The notes under the pieces: generated by a model
What the model was told of the DNA's origin: nothing
The model's database searches: none
Seen by the model: only the letters and a program-made list of their open reading frames with translations
Program-made: the position numbers and the translations under genes
Shown here: positions 55,063 through 64,000 of the stretch, piece after piece
Layout: the number at the start of each line of letters is the position of its first letter
Position numbering within the stretch: position 1 is the stretch's first letter
Assembly: GCA_964016885.1 (NCBI GenBank)
Contig: OZ024750.1
Location: 23,436,001-23,500,000, forward strand
Direction: 5' to 3'
DNA from: Eledone cirrhosa
Lineage: Eukaryota
Length of the DNA stretch: 64,000 nucleotides

Positions 55063-58000
55063 TATATACATGTTGTATATGTATATATACTATATATATT
55101 GTATATATATAGTGTATATACATGTTGTATATGTATATATAATATATATATATTATATATATATAGAGTATATACGTGTTGTATATGTATATATAATATA
55201 TATATTGTGTATATATATATAGTGTATATACATGTTGTATATGTATATATAATATATATATTGTGTATATATATATATAGTGTATATACATGTTGTATAT
55301 GTATATATAATATATATATTGGATATATATAGTGTATATACATGTTGTATATGTATATATAATATATATATTGAATATATATAGTGTATATACATGTTGT
55401 ATATGTATATATAATATATATATATTGAATATATATAGTGTATATACATGTTGTATATGTATATATAATATATATATTGTGTATATATATAGTGTATATA
55501 CATGTTGTATATGTATATATAATATATATATTGGATATATATAGTGTATATACATGTTGTATATGTATATATAATATATATATTGAATATATATAGTGTA
55601 TATACATGTTGTATATGTATATATAATATATATATTGTATATATATAGTGTATATACATGTTGTATATGTATATATAATATATATATTGAATATATATAG
55701 TGTATATACATGTTGTATATGTATATATAATATATATATTGGATATATATAGTGTATATACATGTTGTATATGTATATATAATATATATATTGGATATAT
55801 ATAGTGTATATACATGTTGTATATGTATATATAATATATATATATTGTGTATATATAGTGTATATACATGTTGTATATGTATATATAATATATATATTGA
55901 ATATATATAGTGTATATACATGTTGTATATGTATATATAATATATATATTGAATATATATAGTGTATATACATGTTGTATATGTATATATAATATATATA
56001 TTGTATATATATAGTGTATATACATGTTGTATATGTATATATAATATATATATTGTATATATATAGTGTATATACATGTTGTATATGTATATATAATATA
56101 TATATTGGATATATATAGTGTATATACATGTTGTATATGTATATATAATATATATATTGAATATATATAGTGTATATACATGTTGTATATGTATATATAT
56201 AATATATATAGTGTATATACATGTTGTATATGTATATATAATATATATATTGAATATATATAGTGTATATATATAGTGTATATGTATATATAATATATAT
56301 ATTGAATATTTATAGTGTATATATGAGTTGCGACAGTATCCAACTTTTTGTTTCCGTTGGACAACATTGGTGTTGTAGAGAGGGGAGACAGGTATGCGAG
56401 ACTGCTGATCTACAAAAACACTGTACCCAGGTTTGCAGCTTGGAGAAGAGCTTTCTATGTGTAAACCCATAGTTAGTGATGACTGAAGGGAGCCTTAACC
56501 AGCCTTCCATTTCATGTTCTCTTGTTTAACCCTTTAGCATGGAAGATAGACGTTAAGTAATGAGAAGGAGGATAATGATTACTCTATATTTACTATTGTA
56601 TTTTCACAGTAAACACTTTATTTCACATAATTATCTCGCATAACGTCGAATCTACAAGATTTTGATATTTATTTTGAGAACAATACCTGAACATAAGTAT
56701 GAGCAGCTGGTTACAGCCGGTTTAAACAGAAAGAGGTGAGAGAATTCTGGCTAGATATGGCTGGTTTAGATGCTAAAGGTTTAACAGAACAAATTATTAA
56801 AACCCTCAAATATACAACCAATTCATATAACAAGGAAACAATCTCTCTCTATCATGTCTTGCAGATAGTTGAACTACAGTCACCTCACATATTGATTTTG
56901 AATTTAAGCACAAAGTCTGAATATTACAAATAAGACTAGCAAGAGATAAAGTGGGTAGTTTTTAGATCATTGATGTTTTAATTGGCTGTACATTTTAGGG
57001 ATTTAATTACCTGTGATACTAAAGCAGAGTGAGGTGAACTACGAGACTGTTATACTAATATGTGCTGCAACAGATTAAAAAACAGAAATATACAGATATA
57101 CAAAATTAGGTTGCCATTCACACCTGGTGTTCACATTTTATCTTTTTTATGAGTCAGAACAAAATGTATTTAAATATATTCATTGACAATATTAACTTAA
57201 TTGGGAATGTGTATATGCATGCATGTGTGTGTGAGTGTTGAAATAAATGCATATACACGCACACATACATTCATATATGTAAATAGAATCAGGCATTTTT
57301 TTGCATATCATCATCATTTAATATCTATTTTTCCATGCTAGCATGGCTTAGGTGGGGCTGGTGCATTGCGAGACAAGCCAGATCAGATGACTGTGTCTTG
57401 TTCATACAGAACTGTTTCTGGCTTGGTTTCTATGATTGGATGCCCTTCCTAACACCCACAATATTTAAATACACACACATAAACAAGGTAGATAGGAGTG
57501 GCAACAGAAATTCTGCTGTCCACAGAAAATGCCACACCATTACTAAGAACCAAAAATCTGCCACTTCAACAGGTCATGGAAACTAAACTTTGTGTCAACA
57601 GACCCTGGCCGAGAACCAGCGTGACTGAAAAACTTTATAGGGGATAAGTGTGATAAAAGTATAAAAGATTATAGAGGTAAATGTTATGGCAAATAAATTA
57701 AGAAAAATGAATTTTTAAAAGAAAATTAAGAAAAACTATAAGGATTATAATAATAATAATAATAATGAAATTATTGTGTACAGTGCTCAGGTGCACTACA
57801 ACTCATCAAAGGTGCATGTATAGTACATAGAATAATGTACAAATGTCAGGAAAATGAACAGTGTATGAGTCATGATATAATAACAATAACAATAATGAAA
57901 TATTGTGTACAGTGCCCAGGTGCACCACAACTCATCAAAAAAGTGCATGTACAGTACATAGGGCAATGCACAAACATCAGTAAAATGAACAGTGCACGAG

Positions 58001-59249
58001 TCATGATACACACATGTGTGCATGTGTATGGAAGGGGTACATCAGGTGTAGTTTTGGCGTATTTCGGGAAGCATGAGTGTCTTAAAGGATGCAGTGTCTC
58101 GGCAGCTAACAATTGACGCAGGCAGTTTGTTCCATGCTTCAGCAACTCTGAGCGTGAAAAAATGTCTGCGAAAGTCATAAAGAGTTGTGTTTGAAATTAT
58201 ATTGTAGAGGTAGTGAATTGGCAGAGTCATTAGAGCATCAGATAGAATGTTCTATGGTATTTGTTCCGGCTCTCTGCTCTCTCAGTTCAAATCCTGCCAA
58301 GGTCAACTTTGCCTTTCATCCTTTCAAGGTCAATAAAAGTACTAGTACTGGGGTCGATTCTTCCTCCATATCTCTTTCTCATTTCCTCTCTCTCACTTTC
58401 TATCTTTTGCTGGAAGAAATATGCTGTGTTCAGGCCTGGAGAGGGATGGGCTCTAGGTTTTAAATGCGCCCAAAACGCTGTATGTCAACACAGCACCCCT
58501 ACGACTCTATCAGGAGTTACAGGACTATAAAAAAAAGTTTTTTTTTTTTTAAATCAAATTGTATTTTCCAGGTGTTTGGTGTATCAACAGTAAAGAGTGT
58601 TGCAGTGGCTGTTGATTGTTCTGACCGCAACACTGGTTATGGTCGCATGGAAGCTCTACAACAATTTCTTCTGGTTATACATTATATTTTCTCTTTTATT
58701 ATTTCTTTACTGGTAGAGCGTCAGACACCATGCTTTGCAGCACAGAGTTGTGGCCCTTTGCGTTCTGAGTTCAAATCCCGCCGAGGTTGGCTTTGCCTTT
58801 TATCCTTACAGGGTCGATAAAATAAAGTACCAGAAATGCACTGGGGGAATTACTGGCCTTGTGCCAGAAGTAGAAACAGTTATTATATTATTGGTTTCAG
58901 GCATTAGACTGCGGCCCTGCTGCAGCACCACCTTCAAGGGATTCAGTTGATTGTGTTGACCCCAGTACATTGTTTTTAGTCTGGTAGTAACATAAACAAC
59001 AAAACATAAACATAGACATAGACCAACAGGCTCTCTGTGACTATGAAACATATCAGCCAAAGCTTCCCCCAATAGTCCACTCTGTAATTTTTCCACATCC
59101 TCCCCCAACTACATCCTTTTCTCCACATACTCCACACACCCTACCCCTGAAGAAACAGCACATAGAAATAGATGAAAATGAAAAAATAATTCAGTTATCC
59201 ACTGGCCATTGAAACAGCATGAGTTCAGCTGTCAGGCACTAACTTTTCA

Positions 59250-59289
<40 letters not shown>

Positions 59290-59418
59290 AAAAGAATGCA
59301 ATTGTAAAAGATATTGTTGACAATTCGTCCTTTACCTTAAATTTATTTAAATGTCCTAGGACATTTAAATAAATTAGCATCCACTAAACTGATGCGTGCA
59401 TATATGTATGTGTACCTG

Positions 59419-59456
<38 letters not shown>

Positions 59457-59509
59457 TGCTACTGTACGTCTGTATACATATATGTATGTACGTATACATA
59501 CATACTTAC

Positions 59510-59551
<42 letters not shown>

Positions 59552-59604
59552 GTAAGTATGTATGTATACGTACATACATATATGTATACAGACGTACAGT
59601 AGCA

Positions 59605-59685
<81 letters not shown>

Positions 59686-60523
59686 AAAATTAACTTAGAG
59701 TTTGAAATTTCATTGGATTTCTTTTACTATGAAAAATAGTTCAATAGAACTAAGCCCATTGGACAGAAAAAATTTGTCAGCGTTTCCCACATATATATAT
59801 ATATATATTTGTGTATATATATATATATATGGAAACACATGGCTTAGTGGTTAGAGCATTGGCTTTGCAATCGAAAGGTTGTGAGTTCAATTCTCGGACC
59901 GGGTGATGTGTTGTTTCCTTGAGCAAGACACTTTATTTCACATTGCTCCAGTTTACTCAGCTGTAGAAATGAGATGATAGGGACTGGGGTCCCTATCATT
60001 CCACTGCAAAGTGGTCGTGGAGGTGCCATGGCAAAAAAGCACCCAGCACTCACTGTAAATGAGGTTGGTGTTAGGAAGGGCATCCAGCTGTAGAAATCAA
60101 GCCAGAATCAGTTCCCGTCCCACCCTTGCAAGCAGAGAAAAAGCGGACGTGAAATGATGATATATATATATGTATGTATATATATATATACCATCATCAT
60201 CATCACCGTTTTACGTCCATTCGTCCACTCTAGCATGGGTTAGACGAGTTGTCCTGTTGTGGACAATGCCAGGTCAGGTGGCCATGCTTTGCTTATACAG
60301 AACTGATTTTGGTTATATAACCCATATACATATGTATACCTGAATTCATATGCCCACACACATATACATACATATATATACACACTCACACACATATATA
60401 TATATACATGTATGTTTAAAGAGAGTGAGAGAGAGGAGGAGAGAGGATAGGTTAAGGAGAAATGTTCTTCTCCACACTGTAAATTACCAACAAACCCATT
60501 CCTATATTCTATGGTTTGTTCTG

Positions 60524-60563
<40 letters not shown>

Positions 60564-63500
60564 TATATATATATATTTTGTTTCTGAATTTGTTTGGCAA
60601 GATTCTTTATCTGAAATCGTGTGTTTCTTATTGGCAACATGACCCTCCCAAAGTATAACAATATATATATATATACATACATCAGAAAGATTATTTAGGC
60701 TCCACAGATATTGATTCTCAAATTCCTGTTTTTCTTTGTCATTGTGTTTAGCAATTGATTGACGAACAACTCTCAAAGAAATCCTACCTCTATCTTACAT
60801 CATTTGGCACAAAAACACAACCTCTTTGGTCAACATGTCAGCAAATTAATCCCAAAACGTGCGTACCACTAAATATGTTTTACTTTCTCTCAGTTTATTT
60901 TAGCTTAAGATATTTGTCAGCTCATTTACTTTCCTGGGTTTAAAAAAAAAAACTTAGTATGAATTGTTTGGTATCGTAAATAAAAGTCTTTTGATTTCAG
61001 TACATGAACTAAAATAATAGTCTTCTGATTACAGTACATGAACTAAAATAATAGTCTTCTGCTTACAGTACATGAACTAAAATAATAGTCTTCTGCTTAC
61101 AGTACATGAACTAAAATAATAGTCTTCTGCTTACAGTACATGAACTAAAATAATAGTCTTCTGCTTACAGTACATGAACTAAAATAATAGTCTTCTGCTT
61201 ACAGAAATGAGGAATCAAAATATCAAAATAGCAGTTTTGTGATTACAGCATTGGACCAGAAATATGACTGGTTCATCTGCACTCTAGCAAATGTTTTATA
61301 CTCTTTCTTTACTGACAGTATCAACAAAGCATACATCTTAATTATTACTACTGTAAGATATATACTTATATATATATATATATATATAGATAGATAGATT
61401 TAAATAATTTTAAAAGCCATACAATGCATTAGAAAATTAAAGGTGCCAACATAACACTAGAATCTTACCTTAGCAAATTTAATAATTTAATAATTACATT
61501 TAACTTAAATCTACCTTCCTAGCAACTCATCTCCGATCGATCCTCTAAGACCTTCACAGAGATGCTCCCTTGATAATGGATTTTTAAACCCATCTACCCT
61601 TCACATACATCTACCCTTCCTATACATCTACCCCTTCACCTACATCCACCCTTCACATACATCTACTCTTCCTATACATCAACCCTTCACATTTACCCTT
61701 CACATACACCCACCCTTCACCTACATCCACCCTTCACATACATCCACCCTTCACCTACATCCACCCTTCACCTACATCCACCCATCACCTACATCCGCCC
61801 TTCACCTACATCCACCCTTCCTATACATCTACCTTTCACATACATCTACCCTTCCCATACATCCACCCTTCACCTACATCCACCCTTCACCTACATCCAC
61901 CCTTCACCTACATCCACCCTTCACATACATACACCCTTCACCTACATCTACCCTTCACCTACATCCACCCTTCACATACATACACCCTTCACCTACATCT
62001 GCCCTTCCCATACATCTACCTTGCACATACATCTACCCTTCACCTATATCCACCCTTCACCTACATCCACCCTTCACATACATCCACCCTTCACCTACAT
62101 CCACCCTTCACCTACATCTACCCTTCACATACATCCACCCTTCACATACATCCACCCTTCACCTACATCCACCCTTCACCTACATACACCCTTCACCTAC
62201 ATCCACCCTTCACCTACATCTACCCTTCACCTACATTCACCCTTCACCTACATACACCCTTCACCTATATCCACCCTTCACCTACATCCACCCTTCACAT
62301 ACATCCACCCTTCACCTACATCCACCCTTCACCTACATCTACCCTTCACATACATCCACCCTTCACATACATCCACCCTTCACCTACATCCACCCTTCAC
62401 CTACATACACCCTTCACCTACATCCACCCTTCACCTACATCTACCCTTCACCTACATCTACCCTTCACCTACATCCACCCTTCACATACATCCACCCTTC
62501 CCATACATCTACCTTTCACCTACATCCACCCTTCACCTACATCCACCCTTTACCTATATCTACCCCAGTGTCCCATCCATGTACACCATATCATTTCCCC
62601 CTCTCTGTTGCAGTATCAACAGTGCCAGACAGTGGGTGCAGCAACTGCAACAACAAGATGGTTGCAACGTACTGCAAATGTTGAAAGATATTGCAGAACT
62701 GAAGGATCTCGATTCTGTTATTCTTATTCTGGGATCTGTGTAAGTTTACACGTTCACTATTTTTAAAAACACACATACACATGCATGATTACAGGGAACA
62801 CAGATGTTAAATGATGATGATAATGTAATAGTATTGATGTGATAATGTTGATGTGATAGGGGGGATGTGATAATGTTGATGTGATAGTGTTGGTGTGATA
62901 ATGTTGGTATGATAGTGTCGATGTGATAATGTTGATATGATAGTGTTGGTATGATAATGTTGATGTGATAATGATGTGATAGTGTTGGTGTGATAATGAT
63001 GTGATAGTATTGATGTGATAATGTTGATGTGATATTGTTGGGGTGATAATGTTAATGTGATAGTGTTGGTGTGATAGTATTGGTGTGATAGTGTTGATGT
63101 GATAATGTTTATGTGATAGTGTTGATATGATAATTGTTTCTACGTTTGGCACAAGGCCAGCAATTACCCAGAGCATTACTGGTACTTTATAATGATAATG
63201 TTGATGTGATAGTGTTGATGTTATAATGATGTGATAGTGTTGATAAGATAGTGTTGATGTGATAATGTTGATGTGATAGTGTTGATGTGATAATGTTGGT
63301 GTAGTAGCACAACCCTTACTAACAGGAATAACAGATGGTATATGACGATGATGATGATATTGATGCAATAATGTTGATGTGATAGTATTGATAATATTAG
63401 TATGATAATGTTTATGTGATAGTATTTATATCAAAGTATTGGTGTGTTCTTTGAATTCCAATAATTTTACATGTGTTGTTGATTTTCTTTTACCTCAGAC

Positions 63501-63607
63501 CGGACCAACAACCTGATGTCTTGACAGAGTTTGTGGAACAGGTATATGTTGGTACCAACACCACAATAGAAGGGGTTTCCTATGATTGTAGCAACTATCT
63601 CACTAAT
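43497..63607 (+). CDS. VWA3A: von Willebrand factor A domain-containing protein 3A-like, 5' part (9 coding exons; gene continues beyond the window)
   Basis: join(43497..43525,45868..46075,49231..49349,50408..50497,51387..51441,58572..58673,60752..60858,62614..62739,63499..63607); all introns GT-AG and phase-compatible. Peptides [57 protein letters not shown]...LW, WVQQLQ..GCNVLQ.LK....[14 protein letters not shown] follow the order of vertebrate VWA3A as recalled (LLVTHVNQTQDLL, SEDWLSAHSL, YQERIQWL..NSKKAFG, LIDEQLSHK, SFGT, CPDQPSEIL). Confidence 0.9.
43697..44070 (-). mobile_element. Two adjacent SINE A copies (long-tail variant) in VWA3A intron 1
   Basis: Reverse-complement core and B-box occur twice. 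Confidence 0.8.
44538..45042 (-). mobile_element. Non-autonomous Penelope-like element in a (TA)n target
   Basis: Flanked by direct repeat atagtggca(ta)n at 44538 and 45034; contains the minimal hammerhead; related fragment at 60580-60663. Confidence 0.5.
44777..44819 (-). ncRNA. Minimal type I hammerhead ribozyme motif (Penelope-like)
   Basis: Minus strand GTCA CTGAAGA G GTCAC agaatgt GTGAC GAAA gaag TT TGAC: stem I GTCA/TGAC, intact core, 5-bp stem II, one-bp stem III. Confidence 0.55.
45868..46075 (+). CDS. VWA3A: VWA3A-like exon 2 (Pro-rich, ends [11 protein letters not shown])
   Basis: ttcacag| acceptor, |GTAAGT donor, conserved THVNQT motif. Confidence 0.88.
46154..46371. mobile_element. 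TTAA-target MITE (piggyBac-like; representative)
   Basis: TTAA|CCC(T/C)TTAGCATT ... TAAAGGG|TTAA. Other copies at about 8002-8213, 12419-12700, 45600-45801, 47670-47830, 52420-52630, 56527-56784. Confidence 0.65.
47430..47663 (+). mobile_element. RTE-LINE 3' end with (ATG)n tail
   Basis: [28 protein letters not shown]......TKDRDKWR then (atg)n. Confidence 0.8.
48301..48700 (+). mobile_element. Two head-to-tail SINE A copies with triplicated target sequence
   Basis: attatttttacatccat at 48280, 48487 and 48695. Confidence 0.85.
49231..49349 (+). CDS. VWA3A: VWA3A-like exon 3 ([39 protein letters not shown])
   Basis: Polypyrimidine tract then ttcaag|; phase 0 to 2; S..WL..H.L...LT motif. Confidence 0.85.
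50408..50497 (+). CDS. VWA3A: VWA3A-like exon 4 ([29 protein letters not shown])
   Basis: tttag| acceptor, |GTGAGT donor, phase 2 to 2 fits both neighbours. Confidence 0.8.
51387..51441 (+). CDS. VWA3A: VWA3A-like exon 5 ([18 protein letters not shown])
   Basis: tttacag| acceptor, AAG|GTGAGT donor, Y..RI.WL...SR motif of VWA3 proteins. Confidence 0.9.
51673..51882 (+). mobile_element. SINE A with 18-bp target-site duplication
   Basis: attattaaaaaggcaaga at 51654-51671 and 51877-51894. Confidence 0.85.
53572..53711. repeat. Hairpin, 67-bp arms (1 mismatch), 6-nt loop
   Basis: 53572-53638 is the reverse complement of 53645-53711. Confidence 0.93.
54016..54700. repeat. 49-bp minisatellite (about 14 copies) amplified inside a SINE B
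   Basis: Unit gtggacgtggaggtgccacggcaaaaaagcacccagcactcactgtaaa. Confidence 0.95.
54866..56325. repeat. About 52-bp TA-rich minisatellite, about 27 copies
   Basis: Unit atatatagtgtatatacatgttgtatatgtatatataatatatatattgN; source of the 400-550 aa Y/I ORFs. Confidence 0.95.
57745..58185 (-). mobile_element. CR1-like LINE 3' end with duplicated 3' UTR segment
   Basis: [19 protein letters not shown].......FK motif; about 125-bp direct duplication 57760-57885/57887-58005; (ATT)n tail. Confidence 0.7.
58572..58673 (+). CDS. VWA3A: VWA3A-like exon 6 ([34 protein letters not shown])
   Basis: ttttccag| acceptor; first VWA beta-strand with degenerate MIDAS DxS; weak donor GTTATA. Confidence 0.85.
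59425..59636. repeat. Palindrome centred on and flanked by (TA)n
   Basis: gcatgctactgtacgtctg...(ta)n...cagacgtacagtagcatgc. Confidence 0.9.
59836..60161 (+). mobile_element. tRNA-derived SINE family B (CORE-like central segment) with RTE-type 3' tail
   Basis: A-box TGGCTTAGTGG, B-box GAGTTCAATTC, ccttgagcaagacacttta segment, tail cccttgcaagcag...ggacgtgaaatgatga. Related copies at about 11620-11850(-), 18161-18382(-), 28070-28278(-), 33890-34092(-), 34200-34325(-), 35025-35180(-), 38195-38413(+), 53838-54860(+). Confidence 0.8.
60752..60858 (+). CDS. VWA3A: VWA3A-like exon 7 ([35 protein letters not shown])
   Basis: tgtttag| acceptor, |GTGCGT donor, LIDEQL and SFGT...LW motifs. Confidence 0.9.
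60998..61204. repeat. 34-bp tandem repeat, 6 copies
   Basis: cagtacatgaactaaaataatagtcttctgctta. Confidence 0.95.
61590..62565. repeat. 17-bp C-rich minisatellite, more than 50 copies
   Basis: cacccttcacctacatc and variants. Confidence 0.95.
62614..62739 (+). CDS. VWA3A: VWA3A-like exon 8 ([41 protein letters not shown])
   Basis: ctgttgcag| acceptor, |GTAAGT donor, WV..L...G.N.L..L pattern. Confidence 0.9.
62830..63430. repeat. 14-bp GT-rich minisatellite with a SINE A fragment inserted (about 63130-63190)
   Basis: gtgata(a/g)tgttgat units. Confidence 0.9.
63499..63607 (+). CDS. VWA3A: VWA3A-like exon 9 ([36 protein letters not shown])
   Basis: ttttacctcag| acceptor, |GTAAGT donor, PDQ motif. 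Confidence 0.9.
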
Positions 63608-64000
63608 GTAAGTGGAAACTTGGCATTTGGTATATTACACTCATGAGAATTGCTATATGCTATGTTACACCCCAGGTGGCAAATTGGCAAAGTCATTAGA
63701 AAGTTGGATAGAATGGTTTGTGGTATTTGTTTGGGCTCTCTGTACACTCTGAGTTCAAATCCCACCAAGATCAACTTTGCTATTTGTCATTTTGAGGTCA
63801 TTAAAAAATGTACTAATCCAACACTAGGGGTCAAGTCTTCCTTTATATCTCTTTCTCATATCCTCTCTATCACTCTCTCTATCTCTCACCCCACCCCACC
63901 CCTCTCTCTCTCTCTCCTTCTCTGGAAGAAATTGGCTTTGTCCAAGCTAGGTGAGAGGATTAGCTGCTCTACCAGGTTTAAAATACCCAAGACATTATGT

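Noticed and set aside
54750-56470. Long ORFs of 404-549 aa rich in Y/I/H/T
   Set aside because: Translations of a 52-bp TA-rich minisatellite, open in several frames; no splice or codon evidence.
62021-62613. His/Pro/Thr repeat portion of the 240-aa ORF
   Set aside because: 17-bp minisatellite that lacks stops; only 62614-62739 is a real exon, behind its own acceptor.
62763-63368. 201-aa His-rich ORF on the minus strand
   Set aside because: 14-bp minisatellite plus a SINE fragment.

Overview
Repeat-rich eukaryotic genomic DNA, most consistent with an octopod cephalopod (inferred from the SINE families and dense TA/TG microsatellites). Almost all ORFs in the supplied track are artefacts of microsatellites, SINEs or LINE debris. 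Two spliced genes can be built by hand. (1) A two-exon minus-strand gene, join(34585..34447, 28947..28622), 154 aa, with TATA box, phase-matched GT-AG intron and polyA signal. It encodes a signal peptide followed by what reads as a divergent alpha-crystallin/small heat-shock (HSP20) domain with a C-terminal IxI motif and four N-glycosylation sequons, i.e. a candidate secreted sHSP-like glycoprotein, which is the top finding. (2) The first nine coding exons of a plus-strand VWA3A-like gene (43497..>63607) with an RFX/forkhead-type promoter. The rest is tRNA-derived SINEs, TA- and TTAA-target MITEs, tandem Helitron-like elements, RTE/CR1/CRE LINE remnants, minisatellites, several long near-perfect inverted repeats, and (TA)n-associated elements carrying hammerhead-ribozyme motifs (Penelope-like). 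All family assignments come from motif recognition by eye, not database searches.
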